This document shows positions 24,501 to 51,041 of a stretch of 64,000 bases of DNA, piece by piece. The notes under the pieces were generated by a model, which ran no database searches, was not told the origin of the DNA, and saw only the letters and a program-made list of their open reading frames with translations. How positions within the stretch are numbered: position 1 is the first letter of the stretch; every line of letters begins with the position of its first letter. The stretch is from Euglena gracilis. Lineage: Eukaryota. The translations under genes and the position numbers were made by a program. The stretch covers positions 23,448,954 to 23,512,953 of the forward strand of contig CP154954.1 in NCBI GenBank assembly GCA_039621445.1. The letters run 5' to 3'.

Positions 24501-27500
24501 TGTTGTGCTTTTCTTCAGGCCTCCGGCCATTCCTCTTCCACTTTTATGGGGGTCCATTTCATGGATTTTTGCTCGGAACATCCAGGGGGGTCTTTCTTTT
24601 TTGGGGGGGGGTCCATTTTACGGGGGGGTCTGATTTTTTTGGGGGGGGTTTAAAGCAAAAGACCCGCCATCTGGGGTCATCAGCAGTTGAGCCCGTAAAA
24701 ATTTTTTTATTACCCTGAAGCATCAAAATAAACAAAAAACAGTAATTCAAGGGTTTCCCCTTTAAAAAATGTGTTGAAAGGTGTCCTTCCCGGCCTTTTG
24801 TTGAGAATTGAGGTGCAGGACATTGCCTGAAAATGCATTGAATGTTGATTCCCACGTGTTCAGGGGTCATGTGGTGCAATGCACTGACATGCTTTTTCTG
24901 ACCAAAACAGACATTATGAACAAAACACCTCAACTTCGTGGACCCTGCTCTCCTCCTGTTTTAACTCTTCTCTTGTCTCAGAAGACCCACTGTTAAAACA
25001 TCAAAAAAAATATCGGAGCACCTGGAACACTTGCACAATTGCGAAACTGAACCACTTGGCTTGTTCGTTTCCGCAAATGCACAACCACTCGAGAATATAG
25101 AACCATTTATGGGAAAGCGGTCCAGCACCATAAGAATGAGGAGAGGGAACACCTTTCATTTGTTTTGCAAAATTCATTCTCCAGTCTTAAACAGGTTGGC
25201 ATGGGAGAATATTGGCTGGCTTTAAAATGATTTCTTTGCCCATTTGTGCAAAATAACATTGTTTTTGCTGTTGTGTGGGTGTCACAGAGTTGCAACGGAA
25301 GTGGGGTGATGTGGCCAACCTGCCACAGAGCTCAACTGGTAACTGGTGGAAACCCTCCTGCAATCTCTATCACTTTCATCTCCGAAAATTTACACACTTC
25401 TCCGACGATCCATTTCAACCTGGAAATCCTGCACTTTTGGCAACAAACTTCAAAAAGCTCCACAAAATGATGCAGGCAATCAAAAAGGAAGCAAAAGGGT
25501 GGACCTTTCATCTGGCTTCCAGAACACCACCTGGCGCTAGCTGTTGTCACACAGGAAATGAAGTGGATAGAACTGGGTGTGTCTTGTAAATTTGTGACAT
25601 TTCTCATTTTCGGGGGTCAAACCAGGGGCTTTCACAAGTTGGAGTCATGTTTTGAGGGCCAAAAACACCAACAATTTGGCTTAACCCCAGGTTTCACCAT
25701 CCAAAATTATGAAAATGCGCACACGGCTGCCGTGCAACTGGCAATTCAAATTCCTGGACCTGTATGAGTGAGTGAGTGAGTGAGTGAGTGAGTGAGTGAG
25801 TGAGTGAGTGAGTGAGCGAGTGAGTGAGTGAGTGAGTGAGTGAGTGAGTGAGTGCGCGAGTGAGCGAGTTTGTGTGTGTGTGGGTGTGTGGGTGCATGTG
25901 CACACATCTGAGTGTGATTGTTAGTGTGAACGTCACTGTGGAATGTCAGTGTCAGTGTGAATGTGGGTGTGAATATGAGTGTGGTTGTGCGTGTGTGTGC
26001 GTGTGTGTGTGTGTGTGTGTGCTTGCACATGTGTGTGTAGTGGGGGGTCTCTCGTTCACACACACACATGTATGCACCAGGGGTTTTTTAAAGACCAGGG
26101 GGAGGGGGTCCCCACCCGCCCACCCCCCAGGGGGGGGGTCCGGGGACATACTCAATTATACCCAAAAATGGCCAAAAATCGCGAAATTGCTTAAAATAGC
26201 ACCTTTTCAAAAAAAATTTCGGTGCCTTTCGGTGCCGAAAAATATATCCTTTGGGGGGGGGGGCTCGGCTGGACCCACCAACCCTCCCCCCCCCCCGGGG
26301 GTACAAGACTAAGAAAACCCCTGATCTGCACACATTAATATTCACTGCAAAGTTCAGACTGCAATGTGCCATATGGGTGATTGAAAAATGGCAAACACCT
26401 GCCACGTTGAAGGTGCGTCTCGTTTCAAGAAAATTCCGCATCAATAGCTTTGGAATTAGTATGGCCCCTCCTTTCCACTGAATTGCTGCCAGAGACGTCT
26501 TAAGAACCCAGGAAGGGGGATCATCACCTGCCCAGGGTTTAAATAAAACCAGGTGGAGGTGAGGGGGTGGTCCGGGTGAGGTTGGTGGAGCAGAAATGAT
26601 GCTGGCACAAAATACCAAACTGGAAGAAATTGCCTTCAGGAATTGGGCAAAAACACCATCATGGGTGCTTTTTGGTCAAAAATGTGTCACCTTGTGGATC
26701 TTTGTATTCCAACCAGAGCCTTTTAACGCCACCAATCCCCCCTTCTGTGGACGGTGCAGTTGAACCCCCCCCCCCCGACCCCCTGCGTCCCAAACCAGTC
26801 CCACCCCGGAAGTGTGGGGGTTGGGACGAGTGGGCCCCATACATCTCTTTAAGGCCCCCGGGGGGGGGGGGGGCTGGGCTGGGGCTAGAAATTTGGGCTG
26901 GCTAGCCCCACCCGGGGGGGGGGGGGGGGGGGGGGGGGCTGGGCCCCGGCTGGACCCGAACCGGGGCGAGCTGGACTGAAATCGGAAAAATGCCCAAAAA
27001 TGACCTGCGGAACACAGTTTTGAAAAAATGATGCATCTGAAACCCCCCAAAAATGCCCAAAACGCCCCCCAAACCCCATTTTTGACCACTTTTGACCACA
27101 ATTTTTCAAAAAATTTCGGCGCTTTGCGCCGAAAAATTTTGGGCTGGACCCCCAAAAAAGGGGCTGGCAAGCTGGGCTGGCAGCACCCCCCCCCCCCCCC
27201 CGGGGGTGCTGCTGCGGCTGGGCTGGGCCCAAATCGGGGCTGGCTGCAGCCGCCCCCCCCCCCCCCCCCCCCCCCCCGGGGGTTCGCAAAACCTTAGAGA
27301 GATGTATGGTGGGCCCACCCACCCCCTGGAATGGGGGACTCAACAATCTTCGGTGGGAAGTGCCGAAATGCTGAGTGCCGAATATGTATTTTTTGCCCTT
27401 GAAATGGACACTGACCTTTGGTCCCCCAACCCCTTCCAGGGGGTAGGGGTTGGTCAAGGTTTGACGTTAAGAGGGTGATTTGGTGGTTTTGATGTTAAGA

Positions 27501-28455
27501 GGAGGTGTGGACCCACCCCCCTCCTTGACCGGGAAAGGTCCAACCCCCCCCCCCGTCCCACCTCAAAGGGGATCCGGACCAACCCCAGGAAAATCAAATC
27601 CTCCTCCCCAGATTTGGGCCAAATTAAATTTTTTGTCATCACCTTCTTCGATGCTTTTTTAGGAAAAGGTGATAAACCGACCCCGTTCCGCTCTAATAGT
27701 GTTTTTGGTAATGTTTGTTTGTTCACTTTTGCAATATGAACATTGAGCGCCTTGCAACACCAATGTGACGCAGCAAACAAATCCACCTTTCAAGGTGGAG
27801 AACTTGGAGGCATTCTGGGCATCCACAAATGTCTTCTTCGTTGGCAATGCTGTGCTGGGCACCCGGCTCTCAGGGCTGGGAGGAAGGTGGGGGAGGTGTG
27901 GCAGGGGCTGAAAGGCCCCCGGACCTGTTTTGGCAAAGCCACAAGGAACTGTGGCGCATCAATTTCTACAAATGTGGTAGAGAACCCCCATTCTGTTGAT
28001 CTTTTGCTGCTTTTCACTGCTTTTTTTTGAAATCTCAGTTTATCAGAAGTGGCTTTCAGAAGAGGAGCTTAGATCCAACCATTTTGTTGTCCAGATCTTC
28101 ATCATTTGGTGGGCAGTGTATGCTTCTGTGATGAGAGCAACAAGAGTAGTGGGAGTGTTGTTGTAGTAGTTGTAGTGGTAGTTGCAATCATAAAAACAAC
28201 AACAGGAGTGGCTACAAGGATGAGGCTGATGATGAGGATGATGATGAGGATGCAGATGAGGATGAGGATGAGGATGATGATGACAATCTGAAAATTTCAC
28301 GCATTTATTAAGCTTTCAGGAGGAATGTAACTTTAATCCCCCAATGATCCCATTGCCCCATTGATGCCTGCCGTACTCATTTATGGTGCAAGTCCAGTCA
28401 GTGATGCTTTACAATCGTCACCCTTTCCGCAGAGCCTGCCGCGTTTCAAACAGCC

Positions 28456-28489
<34 letters not shown>

Positions 28490-30075
28490 CCAACAACAAC
28501 ACCAACATCAACAAGAACAACAACACCAACAACAACAACAACAACAACACCAACAACAACAACAACAACAACAACAACAAGAAGAAGAAGAAGATACCCT
28601 TAAAACAAAATGAGACACACAGCACCAAACACAGGTATTTCAAAAGAAGGACCTTGCCTCCACTCCACTCCTCAGCTCCACTCCCTGATGATGATGCCTA
28701 ATGTACGAGTCACCCAACAGGCAGGACGGCACACCACTGGAAGGTGCAAAGGTATGGCTGCGCCCCATCCACGGCCTCGCAGCCCAACTCCGCCAGGGAG
28801 GGGGGTGAGGTTTTCGCTGCAGGTGGAGGGGAAGGCTGCTCCGCATGGGAAAGCAATGAAGGCTGGAAAAACCGAAAATGCAGAAATTAAAAAACCATAA
28901 AAACAACAAAAAACAAATTATAAAAAAAACAACAATAAAAAATAAAAATATAATAAAATGAATAATATTATTTAAATACACAATAAAGCACAATAAAAAG
29001 GGGGGCAATTATCCCGAGGCAAGGAAAAAAACCCGCCGGCGAAGCGCACCGATGGAGTGGGCCTCGCAGTGGCGGCTGAACAGCTCCCGCAAGAACGTGA
29101 GCAGGCCCTCCCCCCGGTCCGGCCCGGCCTCCAGCGGGCGCTGGAAGACGACCTCCACGCGGCTGGCGAAGACAAACGAGGCATTGGCGGGGGGGGGTCA
29201 ATTTTCAAATTTCAAAAATAAAAAATAAAAAATTTAATAATTAAAAATGAAAACTCAAATTGAAGATTTCAATTTCTATTGAAATCTCAAATTTAAATTG
29301 AACTTTAATTTCAAATACAATTTAAATTTTCAACATCAAAAATAAAATCTTCTTTATCATTAAACTGCATTTTTCAAAATTAATTTATTTTAAATTGAAT
29401 TCAATTTAACTTCAATTTTAACTCAAATATTTTATGGACAGCGGATTGGTTATGTGGAACCACATTTTTTGTGGAGTGTAAAACTCAGTGACCCCTGCTG
29501 AAATACAGGAGGGGCTGCAGCCCAGCTGGGAACAGGTGGAAAAATGGTGCTGGCTGGGTGGACGCTCGAAGTAGGGTCCTCTCCGGCTTAAGACATCTCC
29601 CGGCACAATGGGTGCAAATTGGGGCGTTCAGCGGAGTCCCGACGGCATACAAGGTCGCCGTCTCATCGTCTACGTTGCGGATGAGCCGCGATGCTTTGAC
29701 CGGCACGGCGGACGCCACTGCCGCCCACAGGCCTTTTGCTGGCAACCCTCTTCCCCCGCCTTGCTCAGGTTGTGGGCCGAGAACAGTTGGCTCTCTTCCG
29801 GCTGACTGTGCTGGCGTGGGGACAACCGTCATGGGTGAGGTGGTCTCTGGGCTTGGCTCTGGAAAGGCCTGGCCACCGGGACTTCGGCGGCAATGCTGAA
29901 CTGCGGCAACGGAGGAGGGACACGCCATGCCGCCGGGAGGCGGTGGCCGGCGCAACGGAACGGGGGTTGGGGTGGAGGTTGGTGGCCCGACGTCGACGAC
30001 AGGCACACCGGCAGGGACCCAGCGACGTCCAGCAGCTCGCTGCCCACCTGGGCCACCGCCAAGCCGGGCTTCATC
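284..30075 (-). CDS. Large multi-exon gene, protein of unknown function with two ankyrin-repeat-like modules; 3' end probably continues beyond the window start; 5' end uncertain
   Basis: Phase-compatible exon chain read manually: ~29875-30075, 29625-29722, 29050-29193, 22642-22817, 22013-22091, 21833-21881, 20454-20620, 18419-18504, 17484-17656, 16785-16944, 16493-16599, 13978-14083, 12331-12434, 11914-11989, 10950-11093, 10547-10635, ~10337-10454, 7243-~7405, ~4017-4153, 3624-~3729, ~2323-2454, 1305-1394 (or 1305-1467 plus ~1747-1790), 888-958, ~768-817, ~284-394. Most junctions are AG/GT with matching phases and GC-rich third positions. Confidence 0.8.
818..887 (-). other. Short (70 nt) nonconventional intron inside ankyrin module 2
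   Basis: CTG CT|GGC CAAGCCCCCGGG...CCCCGGGGCTTG CCGCC|G GCG ACC: ~11-bp stem; fixes a frame change between TALHLL and ATNHHQYDD; no phase-compatible GT-AG pair. Confidence 0.8.
1473..1743. mobile_element. hAT-like MITE (CAGGGG-polyT family) with perfect 8-bp TSD
   Basis: Starts CAGGGGCTTTTTT, ends AAAAAAACCCCGG; GGGAGGAG on both sides (1465-1472, 1744-1751); interior resembles 44151-44388 and 26078-26323. Confidence 0.85.
2494..2578. repeat. ~85-nt poly(A) tract (poly-T on the coding strand, just upstream of the acceptor at 2455)
   Basis: Directly visible. Confidence 0.95.
7911..8306. repeat. Imperfect inverted repeat (7911-8037 vs 8181-8306)
   Basis: CATGAAGAATGGAAATTTA...TAGAAATACA mirrored by TGTATTTCTA...TAAATTTCCATTCTTCATG, punctuated by TTGCGC-N4-GCGCAA motifs. 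Confidence 0.85.
9127..9599. repeat. Long near-perfect inverted repeat (arms ~190 bp, spacer ~85 bp)
   Basis: GGACATTTGCGCTTAAGCGCAAA... mirrored by ...TTTGCGCTTAAGCGCAAATGTCC; ORFs 9175..9486(-) and 9240..9551(+) translate almost identically at both ends. Confidence 0.97.
11376..11532. repeat. Dispersed ~160-bp repeat shared with ~37840-38014 and ~55686-55860
   Basis: CTCCATTAATTGTGTC.CTGCAAACCCC...GTGCTCAAGCGTGACAAGTCAGCTGTTGGCCTC...ACCGCCTAC in all three. Confidence 0.85.
14212..16306. mobile_element. Nested TIR element cluster
   Basis: CCTC(C)nTGGGCGCTTGGCCC vs GGGCAAGCGCCC(G)nAGG inverted ends, enclosing other repeats (~14460-14596, ~14880-15480, 15495-15947). Confidence 0.6.
15495..15947. 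mobile_element. piggyBac-like MITE (TTAA|CCC...GGG..TTAA); relative at 24281-24648
   Basis: TTAA CCCCCCCACAAAAATAAGAC...GTCTTATTTTTGTGGGGG TT TTAA; repeated GGTCTTATTTT subterminal motifs. Confidence 0.75.
17912..18218. mobile_element. CCC-terminal MITE with repeated GGTTTCTTATA motifs; relative at 23059-23533; analogous element at 43421-43778
   Basis: GTAA CCCCCCCCCCACCTACAAGAAACCC...GGGTTTCTTCTAGGTGGGGGGG; the same architecture occurs at 23059 (CCCC..AAATGTAAGAAACCC...GGGTTTCTTATATTTGAGGGG). Confidence 0.75.
21101..21684. repeat. Trinucleotide microsatellites (GTT)n then (CAC)n
   Basis: (GTT)n ~21105-21174; (CAC/CAG)n ~21364-21684. Confidence 0.98.
22013..22817 (-). CDS. Ankyrin module 1 (exons 22642-22817 and 22013-22091)
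   Basis: Translates IDINAADADGRTLLHLACDVG...LMLLLEMGANPLLCDRLGRRPT(D)IA, matching the ankyrin GxTxLHxA / LLxxGA(N/D) pattern; AG acceptors, GC donor at 22641, GT donor at 22012. Confidence 0.85.
25765..25868. repeat. (GAGT)n microsatellite
   Basis: Directly visible. Confidence 0.95.
26078..26323. mobile_element. hAT-like MITE (CAGGGG-polyT family)
   Basis: CAGGGGTTTTTTAAAGAC...AAGACTAAGAAAACCCCTG; flanks GTATGCAC/ATCTGCAC (6/8). Confidence 0.85.
26838..27308. mobile_element. hAT-like MITE with CATACATCTCT termini and perfect 8-bp TSD
   Basis: CATACATCTCTTTAAGG...CCTTAGAGAGATGTATG; GTGGGCCC on both sides (26830-26837, 27309-27316). A degenerate relative lies near 36251-36356. Confidence 0.9.
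28218..28592. repeat. (GAT/GAG)n and (CAA)n microsatellites
   Basis: Directly visible at ~28218-28282 and ~28456-28592. Confidence 0.95.
29194..29624 (-). other. Nonconventional intron
   Basis: AAC G|CCC CAATTT...AAATTG ACCCC|CC CCC GCC AAT: 6-bp stem, in-frame join TPLNA-PANASFVF; no AG near the downstream exon start. The frame depends on a 9-G homopolymer length. Confidence 0.65.
29723..29874 (-). other. Nonconventional intron
   Basis: CCG GT|GGC CAGGCCTTT...AAAGGCCTG TGGGC|G GCA GTG: perfect 9-bp stem in the +4/-6 register joining two coding frames (AAEVPV-AVASAVPVK). A weak GT...GAG alternative exists. Confidence 0.8.
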
Positions 30076-30760
30076 GGGAGGGGGGGGGGTGGGGGTGTGT
30101 CTCTGACGCGGCGGGGGAGGGGAGGGCGTGTGCAGGGCTGAGGGGCCTGCTGGGCTATGACATGGCTGGGAAGAGTGGCAGCCCTGCGCGAGAGGCGGCT
30201 CCTGTGGTCCGACCCAGAGTGGGTGGCGGGGGCTGGCATTGGCCCGAGATGGGCACAGTTGCGAAGCGGTTGTCAGTCGGGTGGACTTGCTGAACCGTGT
30301 TGCAGGGGACCCGGATATGCTTTTTAGGACCGGCAGGGTGTACACGTGTATTTGACCTTGCCACAGAAGCTGAGTGAGTTTTATTCGAGTTCGAAAGAAA
30401 TCGAGTTCACACCAACCATATTCTAGATGTTTTGGTTCACCAAAATTGCAAACCAAATGTTATGAAGCCGATTTTTCCTGCGCTCAGGTGCTTCATAGGT
30501 ATTGTTGTGATGACGTGTTGAGGGGACACCTATGAGTCGGCCATCTGAAGGCATTTTCCCAAAAACTATCCAGCGGTTCGCACTGGCACTGGAACCCATA
30601 CCGAGACCCTGTGGCCCACCCCCCCACCCCCGGGGGGTTACCGAGTTCGAAAGAAGCCCACACCCGAAGCAGCTGCCACTGGCACCCGCCCCAGGCATAA
30701 TTCCTGCTTGCAGGCACAAAAAAAATGCCCCCCTGCCCATCACAATGCTAAACTGTGGAC

Positions 30761-31461
30761 CAGACCATTGCTTAAGGACCTGGGGGGGGGTCCACTGGCT
30801 AGCCATTTTGCTAGACAATGGAAAAAAAGAACTAGCTAGAACCCCCTCCCCTTGGAGGGGGGGTCCTGGGGTCCCCCTGACTGTGCGCCGAGATAAAAAT
30901 GAAGTTTTTAGTGCATTTTTTTTAAAGCTAATTTTGCTCAAAGAATCCCAAAAATGGCCAAAAATGGCATTTATGGCCAGTTTTGGGAGCCCAACAAATT
31001 CTTGGCGCTTCCAATTTCTCGGCGCTTTGCGCCAGTCGCTGGAGAACTTTTTTCCCCACTACCGGGGGGGGGGAAATTTTGTGCCAGAGAAATTTTGCGG
31101 TGAAAAATTTCGCGGACGACAAATTTCGCGGGATTCCTTAAAAATGTCCGGAAATATTTCGCGGGATTTTTTTTTCTGTGAAGCAAAAATGGCCTGAAAG
31201 GGAATACATGGACAAAAAAAATTTTGCAGGATTCCTTAAAAATGTCCGGAAATATTTCGCGGGATTTGCTTCCGCGAAATTTGTCTGTGCAAATTTTCTC
31301 CAGGGCAAAATCCCCCCCCCCCCCCCCCGGTAGCTGACCCTGCTAGCGGACCCCCCCCCGGGGGGGGGGTCCACTAGAATTCCCATTAACCAAATTTGGA
31401 CTAGCTGCAGTCCAGCCCCCCGGAGGGGGGGGGGTACTGCGAACCCTCAAGCAAAGGCCTG
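30761..31461. mobile_element. hAT-like MITE
   Basis: CAGACCATTGCTTAAGG...CCTCAAGCAAAGGCCTG; flanks CTGTGGAC/CTGCGAAC (6/8); the right end is shared with ~14460-14596. Confidence 0.75.
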
Positions 31462-31990
31462 CTGCGAACCATTATCCTTTAGAAAAAATTTATTTTATAT
31501 CCTTTTTACCTGTAACTTTTACCATTTCAAAGACTGAAAATCCTTTCTGGTCTGTCTGGATATTTTTTTGGGTTTGTGCAAAAATTCACATGAAAATTCA
31601 TATGAAAATTGCACACAGCTGAAGGGCATGCATCCTAAAGACAACTACCAGGTAAGGCGCAGAGACATCAGTGGCGAGAAGGAAGGCTTGTGAGGCAAGC
31701 TCTACCGTGGGTGGAGAGGAATCGAAAGGCGAGGAGACTGTGCAGTGGAAAAACATTTGTATTGACAAAGAGGTGGGCGAGAAATTGGTGGCCTTCGGCA
31801 GCACTGCGGCGTTGTGTGGAACATGGGGTGCTAACCCCAAATGGGACAGATGTGGTGAGAGTCCCTCCTGCAATCCTTAGACCTTTGGAAGACGAGAAAG
31901 GGAAAACACACACACACACACACACACAACACATACACTCACACATGCATCCACACGCGCGTGCACACACACACCCACACACACACACAC

Positions 31991-32046
<56 letters not shown>

Positions 32047-32153
32047 TCCCATACCCACCTACCCATCCACCCACACCACACCTCATTGCAGGCATAAATA
32101 ACTCTGATTTCAGGGATTCCCTCTGTTTCGTGCTGGGGACCCCATATTCTCAT

Positions 32154-33240
32154 TCGTGATTTTTCGTGATTTTTCGTGATTTTTCGTGATTTTTCGTGAT
32201 TTTTCGTGCTACAAAAAAATCGTCCGGTTTGGCCCCCTTGTGCAGTTTTCGACTTTTTACATTGGAAATAATGTCGATTCAGTGTCTGGCACCCCATGGG
32301 ATCCTGCCAAGCCAGAGGTGCCAAGTGCAAAATAAGCAAAACTGGCAGGTGCAAGAGAGTGTTTTGCAGTATTCTTCAACACAAGGCAACGCCCCATAGC
32401 TGCATGGAATCAACGTTGCGGCCTGCCGCAAAGTGGCAGCGGCCGCAGTTTACTGTGCAACAAAGCGATGATCTGCATCGCCGTTACAAAACACCATAAC
32501 GGCGGCCTGCCGAAGAGCCTTTCCCGTGCAGGCTTTTGACGACTCAAAGGAGGGGAAGAGGGTGGCTTTTGCTATGGAAATTCGTGTGGTTGGAACATTG
32601 TGGTGCAGTTTCAACGAACACAATTTTTGATTTGATCGTTTGAAATCATATTTGTAACTTTTCATAAAAATCGATCAATTTTGAACTATAAAAATTTTCA
32701 CTGTAAAAGGTTGTTGCATTTTTTTTGCTTTTTGGAAGTGTAAAGCTGTCCTTTTACTCCCAGCTTTTTTAATCTTTTTTTTTGTTTCTGGTCCCTCTTT
32801 GCAGTGATGTCATCTTCCTATTCTAATGTTCCAAATATGTCTGTGGAGCAAGTTACCAAACAGCGGCGTATTTGGAAGCGTGGGGGAAAGATGACTCCAG
32901 GGCCACAAACAGGGATCTCTCCAGGCAAATTTGATACTTTTTTTACCAACGTTTTCTTTGCCATGTAGTTGCCATAATCAATGTGCTAATAGGATGTCAT
33001 GGGAGGGTATAGGATATATGTCGTTGCATCTGTGCAATTGGACTGCAAAGGACCGAATTTGGGTGTTGAGCATAAAGAACTTGGATCGGCAGTCATCGAC
33101 ACCCTATCTCAACTGGGTGTCAGCTTGAAGAATGTGTATGCTTTTGATTCTCATTCGTGATTTTTCGTGATTTTCGTGATTTTTCGTGATTTTGGGGAAA
33201 GCTCCAGTTTCGTGCTGATTCGTGATTTTTCGTGATTTTT
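32154..33240. repeat. Two short arrays of the 10-mer TTCGTGATTT (~32154-32208 and ~33154-33240)
   Basis: Both follow ATTCTCATTCGTG and lie next to GGGATTCCCTC / GAGGGAATCCC motifs, which suggests subterminal repeats of a mobile element. Confidence 0.8.
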
Positions 33241-36200
33241 TGTGGCACGAAACTGAGGGAATCCCTGCTGATTTCCACCCCCTACGACATTCTTTAAAAA
33301 GGTTGGTGGGGCGGAACCCGCGGCAGCACGGTGCCTGGAACATGCGGCTCATTCCACACCGCAGCGCCCATAATGGGACCCGCTGGGGCTATTCACACTC
33401 GCTGAGAAGCGAATGGGGCGTCTACAAGCAACAGCGGTGGGAGGGCGATGGCAGGGAGGCTGCTTGCCTTTCCCCGTGAAGGCCTGGTGTTGGGTCCCCA
33501 CCCCTCCCCCATGCAGGCGCCAGGTGGCGCAGGAGGAAAAAGTGCAATTGGGGCCGGGATGCCCCTGGGCTGCCAACCCCACCAGCAGAGGTGGATGCCC
33601 GCGCCGTTGGGCCTGTCTGGCCGTCAGGAAACACAGCCTGGGGACCAATCGTTTTGGAGGATGAGAGGGAGGGGGACTGGGTGCGAGCTGCCGTCGAGGC
33701 GGAATGCACCCGAGGCGGGACGAGGCGGGGGGCTGCGAGGGCGAAGGGGAACCGCCGCGCCGCGAACCCGACGGGGCGGCGGCGGGGCAAGGGGGGCAGC
33801 CCCAGGGGGCCACTGGTCGTGCGAAGTTTCTGCTCAAATCAGGGGGGGGATGTGCAACAAAATATGCCACGCAAAACATGCAAAAAAAAGCAAACATAAT
33901 GCAAAAATGAAGCTGCACGTGAATTTTTTTAAGACAACTTTCTGCTGGAGAGGGCTGGGGAAACTTTTCACCTTTTTCTGGGGTATTTTTTTTCACTTTG
34001 CAACACTATTTGCTCAACCACATGTGGATGTTTTGGACTTATTTGCACGTTTTTTTTTTACCAGATGGCTCTGGGGATTTGAGCAGGGGGGCAATATGCA
34101 AGTTGCATCATTTGCATTTTTTTGCAAATCCAAAATATTAAGAATTTGAATTTTTGTATAATTTGCATTTTGTTTGCATAATTTCAATTTGAGAAAAGTC
34201 GCATCTTTGCGCCTTTTTTGCATATTTCGCCTCGCCTATTTCTTTTGGATATTTGCACAGGCAAATTGCTCTACCACCAAACAATTGGAAGACACATTTT
34301 TGGACCATTAGCAGTGGTTGCATAATGAAATATAACTGGACGCAGCTGTATGTCACTTTGCGAGTTGCACGAAAATTTCTTTTGGTGTGGCAATTTTTCA
34401 CTGATTTTTGACATTTGGGGAATATCTGAAGAAAAAAATATGCAGGGCACTTTTTGTATGTGCTTTTATGTGTCCTACTTACAATATGCCCAATGGAGGG
34501 CAGGTCTTCATCTCAAGGACAACTTGGTTGGCTCGCAAATCAGGAGACAATATGTTTTTTTAGAGGGTTAGAACAAGACAATTTTTACAAACCCCTGGGG
34601 GGAGGGGTCTACTCTCCCAAAAACCAGTCAATCACTTTTTCTTGGACAACCAGCCAGTAACTACCCCTGGGGGTTCGGCCGCCCTGGAATCCAAGGGAAA
34701 AATTGACCACAAACGTGGGGGAAAATGGCGACATTTTTTTTCCCGGCTGCTTTGGGGGGTCCAGTCAGAAAAAAAGGTCACAAATTGGTCAAAACTTGCG
34801 AAAACTGGGGGAAATTGATGCTTTGATTCCTTTCTGAAAAAGGCAGAGGACGATTCCCAGAAACAAAAAAAATCACAACAAATGGGTAAAGACACAAAAA
34901 ATTACAAATAACAAAAAATGTACAAAAAATAAAGAAAATGTGCATATTCTCTGCCTCTGCGCACAAAATAAACTCACAAAAGGGTGTAATGAACACCGTT
35001 GCACTGCTCAAACAAGGAACATACTGCATTTTGATTATTTTAAATTTCTATGTTCTTTCTGCACTTTCTTCCTTGGGCCAGCCACACATTCCCCAGAAGG
35101 GGCGTCCCACAGTTGGATGCAATGCCCAGGATGCCCCAGTGTGTGCAACTCCCTTTCGTTGCCAATGCCTTTTGTATGCAACTGTTCGGAGGGACCTAAC
35201 ATAACAAAATACCTTGTGTTACATACACCCCGTGTGTGCAACTCCCCTTGTTGCACACGTCCTTAGGCAACTTTTTGAAGAGGGCACCAAAACACCTAGA
35301 CATAGGAGGAGGCTCTGGAGCCTCCTCTAACATCGTTTGAGCTCTTGAAGCTTTCCAGGAGGCTGGAAAGCTTCCTCAAATGTCGCTTGAGGTCTGAGTC
35401 TGAATATTGCAAGCTTTGGCAAAATAAAAAAAAATAAAGGTCAGACAGCGACAGGAACTAGCCTTAAACTCCAAAAAATCAATGGCATACTGTGCAGCAG
35501 GAGCGCAAAGGGCAGAAACAGGATGCGAGTAGAGGTCATGCAGACAAAGAGGAAGGGATAAATGCAGCCTCAGGTCAGGCTCAGGCTCAGGCTGCGGATC
35601 GTGGCACACAACAAGGGCTGCGGCGTGGCTCATTAGAAGCCTTCAAAAAGAATGGGGTCAACTTGATACCCAGCTTGAAAATGCTCAAAGTCTCAAAAAT
35701 TTGTCTGGAATGCACTCATGTCAGAAATCTGAGGTTGTGAATGTTTCAAAATTCACATCTTTTTCAATGTTGAAAAACAGAAAAAAGACACATTTTAACC
35801 TTCCTTGTGATTACCAAACTGAACGACCATTTCCTTTCAATCACCGACAAAAATTTCTTTTGATGTGTACAAAACATGCTTTTTGCTGATTATTTCTGGC
35901 ACTGCAAACTTCTGAACGAAAATTTCAGGGGTTCCCTGTTCTTTTTTTTGCAACCTTTTTGTGTCTTTCCTGCCCCGCTATTTGGGCCCCACCCTGTGGT
36001 GGAATGTGCCAATAATAATACACAATGAAATTCAAATAATTATGGGATGTGATGAATTATACACCCATGTCCACAACTGAAGCATATTTGCAAAAAAAAA
36101 TTGCAAATATATATGCGTGTGTATGATTATATATGTATATATACATATCAATTATAATTAAATAATATGTATATATGAGCATACTGTGTGCTGCAAAAAA

Positions 36201-36479
36201 AAACAGCACACAATACACACGATAATTCCCATACAGCTCTTTATGTGATCCATACACCTCTTTAAATACCCTTGGGAGGTGCTGCAAAGCTGGACCAAAA
36301 AAAAATCGGGCAACAGCTGGGACGGGGGGTCTGCAAAACCTTAAAGAAATCTAAGGTGAGATCAGTTACACCTGTCAGTTAAACTCACAAAAGCCCAAAT
36401 CAGTTGTGTGTTTCCCGATCAGATTGCTGCAGCATCCCATGTGCTCTCGTTCCCCAAGCAGCCCATCTTGGCACAGGCG

Positions 36480-51041
<14,562 letters not shown>

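Noticed and set aside
33420-33800. GC-rich block as the first exon of the ankyrin gene
   Set aside because: Several frames are open and no phase-consistent junction to the ~30075 exon was found; left unassigned.
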